64,000 nt of DNA, from NCBI GenBank assembly GCA_964658305.1, contig OZ210885.1, forward strand, positions 6,510,001 through 6,574,000. Direction: 5' to 3'. Below are positions 26,993-40,876 of this stretch, piece by piece. Position numbers and translations under genes: made by a program. A model generated the notes under the pieces. The model was not told the origin of the DNA, did no database searches, and saw nothing but the letters and a program-made list of their open reading frames with translations. Positions within the stretch are counted from its first letter, which is position 1. Every line of letters begins with the position of its first letter. Source of the DNA: Leptogorgia sarmentosa. Taxonomy: Eukaryota.

Positions 26993-28144
26993 TAATAATC
27001 TCACAATTGGTGACCGGAACGTCCCCATGTCCAAAACGTCCCCAATTACAACAATTGCACATTTGGGAATATAACTCAATAAATTCCCAAATGTGCAATT
27101 GTTGTCACATGTTATAATAAATGTTTATCCACCACTATATCTCGATCTTCCCTGTGGGGGTTTTTTGTTACCATAGTTCTATAATCGTAGCCAAAATCTT
27201 CACTTTAATCCCAATCCTCAGGCCGGTAACATAGCCATGTAATGTTCTTGGGGCAGGCAAGCCATCCGTAAAGCAATTGAGTACAAAATATTTAATGAAA
27301 CACAATACAAATATATGGATATATCATATATGTGCCATCATCACTTTACCCCAGCTCAGCTAAGCCGCCATTGCCTGAGTTGAATTAACAAGTGAGCATG
27401 TTATGAGCTAATGCCAGAGGCCTTTACTATTGTTACATTTTAACTGGGAGTAGCTTTAGCACATCAACAGCGCACTATATGACAGTTATATAATCACAGA
27501 TTTGTATTGCCTATTGGTTCACATTTACTAATTTATAAGAATTATATACATTTCATGGTATATGTATATTGTTTGTTTAATTAACAAAAGAAATATTTAA
27601 CTTATATTTCTATGTGGATGGAGTTGTGCAGCTGATCGAATCTATAACAAATTCGGGTAAACGGCCTGGTAATCACGCTATTACTTTGATACATAAATAG
27701 TTTTAATACAAGATCGTGTTGTGACTTGTGAGTACTTTACCTGTGATTTCTAGATGATAGAACGTAGAATACACAGTTTATGAACCAACATGCTCAGAGA
27801 TTACAGCCACATTCGCCATTTACAAAGAATCCCGAAAACCCTTTTTTACTGTCGATACATAGCTATAGTTTTAGCTATTCTCATTCGCAATTCAGAAATA
27901 CTTTATGTCTGAAAAATCAATCCTATTTGGTATTAGGATGACGTAATCGCAACGAACACTGATACTTTATACTTACGTTATTACATAACTGTGTTGGAGT
28001 GCTTGAGTCGACTTCCCCCGAAGGGGCATTAAAATCGCGAGAGTGGACAGGAGCTCAGGCTACGTAATGGCGGTGTGTGGCGAGGGTTGCTGCATGTATG
28101 TATATCTAGTAATAAGCCAAGTGCATGAGTTAATTCAGTTGATT

Positions 28145-28337
28145 CTTCTTAAAATATATTTTAGGACACTGGTGTTGAATTTAGGTTCATGGTGAAAAGA
28201 GGTTCTTCAGAGGAACTATTGCATATTCCTCTGGAGATAATCTTGGATCCCAACTAATAGGAGGCTTTAAGGAGGGATCTCAAGCACACAGGAAATGCAG
28301 AGAATGCATGGGACTTGCAGAGGAAATTCAAACTAAG
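28145..28337 (+). pseudogene. EnSpm/CACTA-like transposase exon fragment
   Basis: RGTIAYSSGDNLGSQLIGGFKEGSQAHRKCREC followed by a GTAG donor. Confidence 0.65.
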
Positions 28338-28929
28338 GTAGTATAAAATAGACATTTTACTGAAATCTGAAATAGGGATTTAATAAAATATTTGTGAATC
28401 TGTGATTCTTACACAACATTAATGGGCAATTATATTTGTTTTGACATTTTATCCAATCAATTTACAAAGAACAGAATTATGTGTTCCGGTTTGCATGTTG
28501 CTTTTTCATAACTCGAGATTGAAAGGTTGGTCCTCACTTTGATGTACAGGAATTTTAAACAAAAAAAGGAATTGTGTAAGGAATTCCTATTGATATGGAA
28601 TCTGCAAGGAAAAACGGTATTAATAATGGAATTCGGGAGGATATTTTGCATTTGATTCATAAACAGAGAAATTACAAACAAATATCTTTGTTTTACATTT
28701 CTTGGTGGAATCATGCGCTTTCTAAGATGCCTTTTCCAGCTATTTCAAAGCCCTACATGGTTGGTGCACTCAGTGCACCTTTTTTGCAATAATAAATACC
28801 AGAAATTTTTGACACGACTATTTTTTTCTAATTCGTATAATCCACTATCCATGTGTGTTTTTCTGGTTTTCCTTTTATCTGGCAGTGATGTATTAAGACT
28901 GTATATGAGTTTATCTTATTTATTATGTA

Positions 28930-30197
28930 TGGAAATTGATGACATTGATTACCTTGATTCGTCTGAGACAGAAAGTGAAAAGGAAGAAATTCAAACCAGT
29001 AAATCAAGTACAACTTCAAAGCGAAAGCGTGTCGGTCAAAACCAATCTTTTGTAGACAGTTGGTTGACGAACAAAGATTTTAAGGCCTGGCTTTGTAAAC
29101 GAGTGGGATTTTGTAAACGATTTTTCAACACTGAACCCCACAAGATACTGTCGCCGGGTCAAACTCGCTGGCTATAATTAGAAGCCTGTGTCAACCGTAT
29201 CCTGGAACAATATCAGGCTTTACAGCATCACTTCACCCTGGTGGCCAATGAAGATCCAACACACAGCAACGATTGTGTCCTTAGGTCACTTAATAATAAA
29301 TTCACTTTGGCTCACCTCTTAAGCTATCAATTGCAAAGGTTGAATGCTTTCAACTTGCTTTACCAAAGTGAAAGTCCATGTCTGCATTACCTCAAAACTG
29401 AAGTAGAAAGCCTATTGAAATCAATTGCAAGTGATTTCATGGATATCCAGTATGTTAAAAGCACAGATGCTAAAGCTATTGATCCCAGTGATGTCCAACA
29501 TCATGTACCATCAAGACATGTCTACATTGGTGTGGCAGCAACTGCTACCATGCAGGAGATAAAGGATGGTGCAAAACCAGAAGATGTTGCGAAGTTTCAA
29601 CAAGATTGTAAGAACTTCCTTATTGAAGCTATTAATCAGATTAAACGAAGATTTGATGTTGATTCTGATATATTTTGCCTTCTTGAATGCATTTTACCTG
29701 GAAATGCCAGCGCCTTGTTGCCACCTTCCCTATCTCAAGTGTTGACCAAGTTTCCCTTTTTGAAGGAGATTGATCCCACCAAACTCGATTTGGAATGGAG
29801 AGCACATTCGTTTGAGGATAAAATTGCCCCTAATCTTCAATGGACTGAATACTGGTTGTTGATTAAGAATGCAAAGTATCCATCAGGGGAGCCAAGATAT
29901 CCAATGCTTTTAAAATTTATTGAAATTCTTGCATCCTATCCATTCTCGAATGCTGCAGTTGAGAGGGTTTTTAGCATGCTGAAGCTTGTGAAGACCGACC
30001 ACCATTCATCTCTCAAAGCATCTTGTCTTGTGTCTTTGCTGCAGTGCAAGATGGCAATGAAAAACAATAATCTCAAGTCTGCTAGCCTTAAACCTAGTTC
30101 TTTGGCTTTAAAGCTTGCAACAAAACTTAAATCCAGTGCAACAGATGAAGAAGCACAAAAGTTGAAGAAAACATTTCTTGAACAATCATTCTCATGA
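28930..30197 (+). pseudogene. hAT transposase remnant with a large internal deletion
   Basis: SFVDSWL N-terminus is joined to HKILSPGQTRWL*LEACVNRILEQY; C-terminal PFSNAAVERVFS dimerisation motif. Confidence 0.8.
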
Positions 30198-31679
30198 GTT
30201 AGCTGTTAGTCTACATCTATTCAATGTAAATTAATATATTACAATGAAATACTTTAAGATATCTAACTTCGAGGTATCTTACTGTATCTATAAGACTATA
30301 ACGTGAATTGAAGGAATTGTTTCTCCTATTCTCGAATTATAAGAGAGTGGCAAACTAAAATCTCAGGGGACCGACAAAGTATGACTTTTGTTACTTTGTC
30401 TCTTTATTGTTACAAGTTTCATCAACAATGTTCCATGCCGTAGTTTCAATCAATAAAATACACGAAATATTTTTCTGGTAATTATCCTGACAATTTCACA
30501 CAATTTGAGGGAAGGGAATATTTTAAAACTATTTAAATTGAATGTATAACCACCTAGACCAATTTCAAATGGGTCCACTATGCTCTCTTGCATGAGCGGT
30601 TGCAAATGGAAAATATTTTTGCCGCTTTACGTCAGCGAATATTCGATTCCGATTTTGACGTCTTGGACCTGACGTTCTGTATTATGTGCAACTGACATGT
30701 ATGCAGTGGTGTAGCCTTAATATAACACTAAGATCTAAGTTCAAAATTTCAACATTTCAGGTAGCATAATTACTCTAACAAACCTGCGCCAATTTTGAAG
30801 ACGAAACCCACTTCGAAAGACAATAGCCTGAAACAACATAGTAATACATTACTTGCAATATGTCAGCGTGTAGTTTCATTAGAGATAATCCCCACCGTGA
30901 AAGTATTTCAATGTATCGTGAAATTTTTATACATGACTTTTATTTCTCTTGACAAATATTACGAATATGAACAAACAGTGTTTACGACAGGCGTGGGCAT
31001 GTCCCCATGCTGACGTCTCCTCCTGAGACATACATAATTTTGTCACTAATGTCATAAATTAATACAATTCGACGACTATTAAGGAGGGCGTGCCGAGACA
31101 CGACCGACTTGTTGATTCCTTCAAATTTGTCACACCTCACTGCAATTACCTCCCATGGGCGGAAAACTTGGAACATGTTAGGAGTTTCAATAAAATTACG
31201 TCACAAATGTAGTGTGCTATGTGTACGGTTTTTCAATTTTTGAACGAAATCTTATAAACTAGGAGTTACTATCGCAAAGAAAAGTGCTGCCGTTGCGCTC
31301 AAACTTTAAAATCCCGGCTGGGTTATAGAATACCTGTCCACTTTTGAAACAGTGACTTGTTATCATGATACTAAGTCAAAATGATCACGTAATGTAATGT
31401 ATCCGAGTTTTTAAAAAGCCTGGGCAAGATACATTTTTTCGTAATACAATGACGCGAAGTGAAATGTGATATACCCGAGTATTCAGAAAGCAGCGTGTGA
31501 CAGCCTTCGTGATACGATCATACGAAGTGAAAATTATTACCGATTAAGTTTACCACGTTTATATCTCTTTTTTTAATCGCAAGCTCAACATAATAATTAA
31601 AAATGCGATTCAGTGCGCATATTGTGTTTATGTCCCGTTCTTTAAAAAGCAACAGCACGCCAAGTTAGGGAGAAGGTTT

Positions 31680-31746
31680 ACTGTTAGGGTTAGTGTTTAC
31701 TATACTATTAGTAATAGACAGTATAGTAAACACTAACCCTAACAGT
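31680..31746. repeat. 27-bp perfect inverted repeat (hairpin)
   Basis: ACTGTTAGGGTTAGTGTTTACTATACT ... AGTATAGTAAACACTAACCCTAACAGT. Confidence 0.85.
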
Positions 31747-31859
31747 CTATTAGGGCTAGCATTCTGAACATTGCTTCCGTCATTGATGTGTGATCGCCAC
31801 AAATACCAAATTACCCAACCACAACGCATAAAACATTAGCACATCATTAGCATTGGTGA

Positions 31860-32292
31860 TTCTTGAAGCACATGGAGATGCGTGCACAATATAATATCTT
31901 GTTTACGTCCCTGAAGCTTTATTATTATTATTTATTATTCTGACCGCTCCCCTCTTTTAACAAACGTCCCTGAAGCTTAATTATGCCCCCGGATACGACA
32001 AACATCTTTACAGACAGACAGACAGACACATTTCTCGATATCGACAATACATATGATACGCTTGAAGCACATTAGATGTGTGCACAATACAATCTTGTTT
32101 CTGACCACTCCTCTCTTTTAACAAACGTCCCTGAAGCTTAATTATGCCCCCGGAAACAAACATCTTTACAGACAGACACATTTCTCGATATCGACAATAC
32201 ATAACTCGTGTGAAAGACTGGGTCGAGTAGACTCTGGGGAAACCACCGCGTGTCAAGAATAGTGTGCTGCCTCGCTTCGCTCGGCAGCAATA
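31860..32292 (+). mobile_element. Non-autonomous Helentron/Helitron2-like end with internal duplications
   Basis: Duplicated ~160-bp blocks with ACAG microsatellites; terminal hairpin GCTGCC-TCGCTTCGCTC-GGCAGC followed by AATAA. Confidence 0.55.
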
Positions 32293-32309
32293 AGCATAGC
32301 TCAGTGAAT

Positions 32310-32645
32310 GCTACTGATAATACTGACCGAATCAGTCTAAAGGCAAATTGACACATGCAAGCAAGAAATGCAACCTTTCCAAGCAATCTTCATGCCAACT
32401 AAAAAATTTTATTTTAGCAAAAAGTCAATTGATAAATTGACAATTAAGGCTGCTGAATTCCTTGCAAAGAAATTTCATTTTATCCACAACAACCCTAGTC
32501 AGGCAGTGTTGCTACCAAAAGTTTGCAGGCAAAAAAAGGAGACAACCAAATGGCAACTACCAAATTTGTTTGGAAGCATGGTTGTCACCAACCGAGTTCT
32601 ACCAATGGTTTTTCATCTGGGGAGAGACCACCAAATCCAAAAATG
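32310..32645 (+). pseudogene. Fragment paralogous to the C-terminal part of the 51255-53215 gene
   Basis: KFYFSKKSIDKLTIKAAEFL...TTKWQLPNLFG..VVTNRVLP aligns by eye with KFNFSSKRINKLKAKAAQFL...TTKWKLPDLFG..VVTNRVLP. Confidence 0.8.
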
Positions 32646-32771
32646 TAAGTTAGGTTTATAGAATAACAAGCTGTGGTCTTCTCGTTTGCTACTATTGTAT
32701 GTAAAGTCATGTATACCATATGAAATATATATAATTTGTGTACCTCATATTTCCATTGACACTAACACTTA

Positions 32772-33283
32772 TTCCGAAGGTCTGAGGGGTATACGAGATT
32801 TACCCCTCTCAGCCTGGAGCCAGAATTCGTATCCCCCGAAGCGCTGAGGGGGATACGAATTCTGGCTCCAGGCTGAGAGGGGTAAATCTCGTATACCCCG
32901 ACAGACCTTCGGAACAAGGATTTTGTCTATCACCGAGCTATAAGCAAATTTAAATTTCACGAAACAAGTCATACACCTTGTCGGCACTGAAAGTAACCTA
33001 TTCTTCATAGTTTTCAATCCAACGAGCCTTCAAATACGCTCCCAACTTTATATTTGCATCGTTATCACTTTTTATAGTGTTTTTGTTATGCAAATCTTGT
33101 CTTTTCTGCGTTAATTCTTCGTCAGAAATTAGATTTGCATTGTTGTTGGGCGCCATTTTGAATAAATTGCCGGGGGAAAAATCCGTATCCTGCTGGAGCT
33201 CACGCTCACAAAAAGATACGAGATTTATCGATTCTGTTTCGACCAATCAGATTTGTCAATTACTGTGAGGTGATAGACAAAAT
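32772..33283 (-). mobile_element. Crypton-like non-autonomous remnant with a long palindrome
   Basis: ~140-bp near-perfect palindrome 32772-32914; inverted ATTTTGTCTATCACC (32920) and GGTGATAGACAAAAT (33269). Minus-strand MAPNNNANLISDEELTQKRQDLHNKNTIKS resembles Crypton/DUF3504 protein N-termini. Confidence 0.5.
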
Positions 33284-34176
33284 GTGATAAGTTGGAGTGC
33301 AACCATGACAGTCCATTATGGCACATTTATCAAGGCTGTGGACATTACTCATTCCATCTCAAAGGCAACCTGCCAGATATCAGTGCTTGCCCGACTTTTA
33401 AAGCCCTTCTGTAATCTAAGGCAAAAAGCTTCGGCACAACGGCGAACGAGGACTTTGTGGCAACATGTGCAGGCGCAAGACAAATCACCTTTTATTAACC
33501 ATTGTTGGTTGGTAAAATGTTGGCTGTTTAATGATCAAATGTCAAAGGATTGAAATAGATTTGGCTGGAAGAATAAGTTCCCAAGCCATGACATGTGTGA
33601 AAACGTTTCAAAATCCGGATATGTATATGCTGCTTCACTTCCTTCAGAATTGTTACTTCGCATTCGGGGGCGACAAGGAGCGACCGTACGTACGCATTGT
33701 TGGAATGCAGATAATTTCAAAACGACGCGACGAAATGCAAATCCCAATGGTAAATTGTTGACAAAATATATATTTTATAAGATTTCGTAGAAAAATTGAC
33801 GAAAATTGAAAAACCGATCCCCTCTAAGCCTTTATTTATAGAGTGTAATTCTCGTATAAAAATCATATCCAGACCGGATGTAGCGTGAATCTGGACGTTT
33901 TCATTGGCTCAGCGCCAAAATGTCAACAATGCGCTGATTGGTCAAGAACGAAATTCCCCCTTGTTAGTGTGCTCAGCAAAATTGTGACGTCATTTCAACT
34001 TCGACTCAAATTTAATATTTTCACGACCATAATTTCCCCTCTTTATTATCAATTTTCGCACATAATTTGAAATGCGATTGTCCAAAGTTTGCTGAAACCC
34101 ACTGTAGATACGCTAAGGTACATGTAAGACATACAGGTGGTGTTTTGGCTCAGTCTAGGTTTCCAGGTTTGTATTT

Positions 34177-34790
34177 TTGCCTTCAATAAGCTTAATCCTA
34201 CTCACACATGAAAGGTTGCATATTGAAGACTCACTTAATTGTGTTACAGCAAACGAGATGTGCTGCTTGGGTTTGTTTCTGCCGCTTCTGATTGGCGAAT
34301 TCATCGCTGAAGATGATGAGCACTGGAGTGCATATTGCACACTTCTTCAAATTGTGCACATTGTCTTCTCACCATTGATTAGCAAGCAACAAATACCATA
34401 CCTTCAAGTATTAATCCAGGACCACCATGAGGCCTTCAAAGCATTGTACCCTCACGCCTCTATTATTCCAAAAATGCACTACATGATCCACATGCCAAGA
34501 ACAATGTTACGGTAAGTAAACGTGGTATGACATGGTGACACCAACTAGGCATTTGTACTGCCTAGGAAACAGGAAACTAGGTACCTGATACAACCGGGTG
34601 TGCAACAGGAGCACAATTTCTTAATGAATGATTCTTATGTATGAAATTTAATCAAGCTAGTTTTCTGTGTTTTCACGATCTAGTAAAAATCCATTTTTTG
34701 TTACCATTGCAGTTTGGGACCATTGATCAGAATTTGGTGCATGCGGTACGAAGCGAAACATTCGTACTTCAAACGGCTGGCAGTTTCATG
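34177..34790 (+). pseudogene. EnSpm/CACTA-like transposase C-terminal exons
   Basis: LPLLIGEFIAEDDEHW...IIPKMHYMIHMP; intron 34512-34712; then WCMRYEAKHSYFK. Confidence 0.75.
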
Positions 34791-35345
34791 TGATGGATGT
34801 TCTTCTATTACGTCCTGACTCACTATTTCCTCAATAACCCTTGCAACTCGTTCTTTAAGATGGTACAGCACTGGCCTTGGTGGAGTGGCTACTGGCTTAA
34901 CTGACATATCTATATGCAGCTTTACCTGGTGATTTCTCAACTTTCCCAGACCAGAGAAATTCTGTGGGAACTGTTGTAAGATATCATGAAGAGCAGGCTT
35001 ATCGTCCGATTGTATCATTTTCACCGGATGAAAAACATCAGGTATTCTCTCAAACCTGATGATTCCTAGCTGCTTCACTACTTGTCCCGCGAGAACCGGC
35101 TAGCATGGACTGTTAATCATATGGCAGTCCAACAGGGACTGTCGAACTTCCAAAAGTTACAGCACATTTTGCGATGCCTGTGACTGGTATTGCTGGGCTG
35201 TCATATGATTTAATCTTGGCATTTGTATTGACCATTTTCTGTACAAGATTCCATTGTTCAGCTTCTTTTTTCCCACATACACTTATGCTTGCCAGCTTGC
35301 CCCCGTGTCCGCAAGAACAGTAGCGAGACTGTTATTGACGACTAA
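34791..35345 (-). pseudogene. Gypsy-like LTR retrotransposon pol fragment (protease to RT linker)
   Basis: FSGLGKLRNHQVKLHIDMSVKPVATPPRPVLYHLKERV...DVIEE. Confidence 0.75.
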
Positions 35346-35663
35346 CTGAACTACATAAATCTACATATATCACAGATCATGTAGTATATTTGTTGATGGT
35401 TCTTGTTCTGACCTACAAAGGAAACCCTGTTTGTTAGCACTTAATAACTAAAAAAAGTTCATATTAACAATAGCTTACCTGGTGTTTGTGTTATGGGCAT
35501 TTAGTGGCATACACCAAGGTGAATGCCAAGGGGAGCATTTCTCCAAGTTCTAATATCTTAATATTATATAATCCAGATTATATTAGTACATTATCATCAT
35601 AACTTCCAAATGTTACTATATGTAGATTGCTGTATACATTACAATGTAAGGCTACAGATTGCT

Positions 35664-38420
35664 TCAATGAAAGCAATTAACAAGTGCACATACTGCCTTA
35701 TGATCTGAGAAATATGTTTCTAAAATGTGCAAGTTAGCTTGTGATTCTGGTAAATTTGTGAAAATATGATCTATTAATGTCTGATTATCTGTAGTGACAC
35801 TGCACACCAACTGTCTATAGTTATTGCCATTGGTAAAGAAATTATATAAAGGCCTTCGATTGGCTTCATCCAACCAATTTATGTTAAAATCACCTATGAA
35901 AATGTTGAACTGTGAAGTACGTAACATAAGAACATCATTCAATGCATTTAATAGTTGCTGAACAGGAATTCTGGGTGATCGATATATACCTATGATGCTA
36001 ACATGTGGAAGAATCATGACTTTCATAATAGTTATTTCAATTCCATTTACATTATGACAATGTGGATATCCAGGTAAGAATTCAACTCTGCTGAAAACAG
36101 CCATGCCTCCAAAAGGTCTGGAAGTTGAAGAGTGACTGTCATTTCTGAACAAGGTGTAACCATCAATAGCATACATACTATCATCATCAGAGTTCATAAT
36201 TCGTGTTTCAGAAAATATATTGATGTCAGTGTTTGTGAAGTTGAGATCATGTCGAAGAACATCATTAATATGTTTGTGCAATGAACAGGTATTCAGGTAG
36301 CACAACTTGAATGAGACTTGATCTGTCTTATAAATAGGAATAACACTAAGTTTCAGTGCACATTCATTTCTCAAGAATTGCATATTCTAAGTTGTCCTAA
36401 ATATATACCTATCCATTACTGGGGGAAGTTGAAATGCACCATATGCAACTATGCTTACACCCCCAAAATCATTTTTACTCCGCTTGATGTCTTTTAATCT
36501 ATTATTGGTCTGAACATTAAACATTGTACTACCAACCATGGATATCTCATTCAAAAATTTTAGCTTTAAACCACCAAGCTGACACCTCAAAGTGTTTAGT
36601 CTGCTTGAGTCAAGCGCTTTATAATTTTTTAAGGACTGAGATGCTGGTATAACAAATGCATTATGAATTGTGTTGCCTTCAATGTTAAAAGCTGCTTTAC
36701 CAGTTGGTGTAAGCAGTAAAATTTTGACTTGATGAAAATCATCACTGGCTCTAGTATTATAATATTTCAACGCTGCTTGGTATAAACATTTAGTGAGATG
36801 TGATTTCCCAACTCCAGTTCCTCCACTCAGAAAACAATAGAAAGGATTGTCAGAAGTTTTGATTAGATGCAAGACATGATAAAAAATTCTTTTTGTTTGT
36901 TTGTTGAGCTTTTGTACCATAGTTCTATAAACATCATCCTGTTCTTCATGTAATATTAGTTGTTCAGTATTGGATGCTGTTGAAGGAATTCCAAGATCAC
37001 CAGAAAAATCATAGTTTGGATTTAATTGTGGATGAAGGTCTAGTGTACCTTCAGACTCATCTTGACGCTCAACATTTTGTGTTCCTGGGGCAACTAAGTC
37101 ATAGTTGTCAGCGTTATCTTGCATATTATCAAGCTGTTCTTGGATATCATCAAGGTCTTCACTACAAATAGCATACTGTTTCATTTGTTGATCAATTGTA
37201 GTTTTCACTTTTAAAAAGTGCTCTTGATAGGAAGAATAGTTTTTTATTAAATCAGTTGTTTCATTTCTCTATGATGTAAATAGCATGATCAGTTTACGGT
37301 AGTGTTTCTCAGAATCAACTTCCTTGTTGAAACATACACTTCGAATAATCCTAGCTTTAGATCTTTTTATTTTTTAGTTCATATTCTCTTTCCTCCTTGT
37401 CGTCATCATTATCATCATTATCATCCATATTTGTCACCACAGGATAGCTTATCACTATCTAGTTCATTAGTTGGTTTGAATATGGCTTACCAGAACAGTC
37501 ATACCAGGCAGCCCAATCAGCAAGAGATAAATTTTCAAGTTTGGCTGGTCGTTTTGTATAATGCTTTATCAAACCAGATGCATAAACCTCATTGGAATTA
37601 TCTTCCATATGATTTATTTATTTCAATGGCTTTAGTAACTGAACTCTTTCCTCAGGAGGTGAAGTGTTTACAAAGACTACCTGGCAAGATGATTTTCTCA
37701 TAGGAAGTTGCAGTACAATGTAGACTGCTTCTTGTGCACTTATTTCAACATTGTTCAAAAACTTGTTTCCAATGTCTCTTACTTGTTGCTTAATATTGGA
37801 GTTTCCTGCTCTTGCTTCTTCACAAGCAGATCTTAAAAGCTTGCTCATACCTTTTTGTTCCTTGGATATATACGATACAATGTATAGTGCACATGCATAA
37901 ACATCAAGTACAAATTGAATGTCCATGTTAGCTTGCCATGCACTAAGACATGCTGCATTATAATTGTTGATCCTTAATTCATTTGGTTGTCTTTTTAAGA
38001 ACATAGTTGGTGTCTTCAGACTGGATCGATTAGCTAGCAAATACTTTTGATCTGTCAGTTTCAAGTTTATCAATAACTGATCAAATGTAATGTCCTCACC
38101 CTCTTTCATATCATTCAGATGTTGTTTAATAAACTTCCAATCATTTTTGTGTTATTCCAGTTCATTATTATTCATATCAGTATCTAATGGATATAGAATT
38201 GTTGTTGACTTCATTGGTGGTTGTGGGTAATTAAAGCGGCATACAGTTTTTGATTTCTTTCGACAAGTGTGAGAATGGCTGTCTATTTACAAGTGCAAGT
38301 AACTCTGGATTTTCAACTGGTTTTTCACATGTGATTACTTTATCAATGAATGAAACAACATCATAGTCAAAATCTATAGCAAACCTAGGAGCATTTTCTA
38401 ACCATATTAACATAGTAACA
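35664..38420 (-). pseudogene. Helentron Rep-PIF1-APE endonuclease remnant
   Basis: Rep: AWQANMDIQFVLD, YIVSYISK, EISAQEA. Helicase: GGTGVGKS, EISMVG, FQLPPV. APE: LNTCSLHKH, FSET, GDFN, IDHIF, YFSDH. Multiple deletions and frameshifts. Confidence 0.9.
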
Positions 38421-38490
38421 TGCCTAGCACATGTCACTGGATCACGTTGAATTAAGATGCTCTTTTCTTCCCACAGTTGAGATTTTCACC

Positions 38491-38886
38491 ATGGAATCAG
38501 CCACGATTGACACAGTTGAATTCCTGTCCTCATTTCTCGCGTGTATAACCTGTAGTAAGAAAATCCTTTCCCTCGAAGAGCCCGAGTCCATTCCACCGTT
38601 AGTCATCTGTCCACATTGTAAGAGTCGTCAGAAGGCCACTGCATGTCGTCGTCGGGTAAGCGGTAAGGTCTCGGTGTCTGGTGATGACGGATCCCGCGTA
38701 ACAGTGACATTCTTCAAACAGATCCGTCAGTGGTTCCTGAATATCTACAACGCTACCAGGCCCGAATCTCCACCAATATCGTTCTCTTCGTTAGATGATG
38801 CAAGTGACACTTTGCTTCTCCTTTGCGCAGTGGAACTGACATACAAAAACAATGAGAAGTTAGTTGTTGACGTTAATGATATATAA
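38491..38886 (+). CDS. RPA70-C-like OB fold with C4 zinc ribbon (fragment)
   Basis: FLACITCSKKI...ICPHCKSRQ...VSVSGDDGSRVTVTFF. The 5' end abuts the Helentron remnant. Confidence 0.5.
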   Translation: MESATIDTVEFLSSFLACITCSKKILSLEEPESIPPLVICPHCKSRQKATACRRRVSGKVSVSGDDGSRVTVTFFKQIRQWFLNIYNATRPESPPISFSSLDDASDTLLLLCAVELTYKNNEKLVVDVNDI

Positions 38887-40876
38887 AGTAATATACTGTA
38901 AACTTGGAACTTTTTTCAGTAGCCTATATTCATATTTAGTTTTTTTCCTGATGTGAAATGTAAATACTATAACGTTTTTAACATTTTAATTAAACACATT
39001 TTGTTTGTCTTTTGTATAAGGTTGGGTGGTTGATTTCATTTTACTGCAAACTTTCCAAAAAAATTATTAAGCAATTTGTCATCAGTAGCAAAAGCCAAAA
39101 TGTAGCTTGTTGAAAAGGAATCCATGCAACAATGCAAGTATAAATTATTTTAAAATTTCAATGCGACGATCGAATTTTGTCAATTATGTTTGTAGATTTA
39201 TATATTAATAACTAAACGATATATTACAAAACATTAAAACCTAGAACTATACTCAAACATATTTCCTAAAACAGCATGCTGTCCTATCAAATATGTGATG
39301 TAGATAAAACTCTTAAAGAGGGCTGCAACATCCTCTATGTATTTTGTGGTTTTAATCTCCATGCAAATAATGTAAGACAAACTGTAACTCGCTTTCTCGG
39401 CAATTATAAAAGCAGAATAATTTTTTTAAAAAGTCAGTCAGTTAGCAGTAGTCTTTCACAGAACGGTACATAGCAAATTTAATATGTGGCGAGCACACAA
39501 TATTTAGCTCTTTCTGCAAGAAAACCTTGAGGAAGGCAATACTGTGTAGAAGGATGGCCAAACGGGAAAAGCTGCACAAACAGCCGCCAACATGCAGAAG
39601 GTGTTTCAGTACATCGTTTTCCTATGAAAGACAAAGAGCGACTGAACAAATGGACCGCTTTTTTACAAAGACATCGCCCAGAATTTATTCCTCGACAGTA
39701 CTCTGTGCTGTGTTCAATGCACTTTGCCAAATCAGCATTTACAATAAACGTGGAGGTAGCAAAAACGCTCAATATGAGAAGACAGTTACGCTCTGATGCT
39801 GTTCCAACAGTAGATTCGCTAGAAAGCATGTCCACACCAAGTGATTTGAGTAATTGGGATCGCAGGATGGTATGTTTAAAATAATACAAATAAAAACAAA
39901 TTATTCTTATTATATACATTTTCTTTCACACAACCATTTGTTACAAGAATTTCACTTGTCATACTCAACAGGCATTGCGAGAAGTATCTTTAATTATTGA
40001 TCCTGTTGTTGAAACCATTGAAGATTGATCCAACAAAATGATGATGTGCAGGACGCGACAGAAAGTGATACAAGTGAAGTTCCAAATGATACACGAGAAA
40101 CATGCAGTAAGTGCGACGTTCTTGCAAAGAAAGTTCTCCAGCTCCAGAAGAAAATCAATTGGCTAAAACAATCCAACCAGAGGCTAAATGACAGTCTAAA
40201 TTTGGTAGGTATAAATTGATTATATATATATTAATTGGTTAACAGTAATAATTAGCGTCTTCTAACAGGACTTATTGTTAGAACTGTTGCTTACATGACG
40301 GATTGCACTCATTGTAAATTTACACTACTATTCCTACTCATATGTTCAAGGAAAGTGACGAGTCAGATGCTGAGAGTGACGATAATCAATGGTGAACAAC
40401 ATGAGTTGCACGATTTGGATGACGTCGAGGAGATCATTAGAGATCCAGGGGAACATACAGATATTATGTTACAAAAGATACATACATCGAGGATTCCCAG
40501 TCTTGAAACACAGTAAGGTGAGTGGTTAGAGCACATACTGCACTGGAGTTAAAAAACAAAAGCCAACTTATGGAAATATACACCCGATTCTCTTTAGTAT
40601 GGAACCTGTACCTTACCATGTGATGAGCCGAAATTTATTGTGTTTTATGGCATGCTCGTATCGCTGTTCAGCATGATTTGCTTCAATTGCAAGAGTCCAA
40701 ATCCTGAAGTAGATGTCAAGAGGACTGGTTCAATGGCTGTTGTAGCACAATGTTGTTATGAGTGTGTGTGGCAGGAATTTTCAATGGAACAGCCAACCAA
40801 ACATACTAGGAAAATTTGCCGCTGGAAACCTTATGACAAGTTTTGTTATTCTGATGTCAGGTGTCAGCATAAGCAA

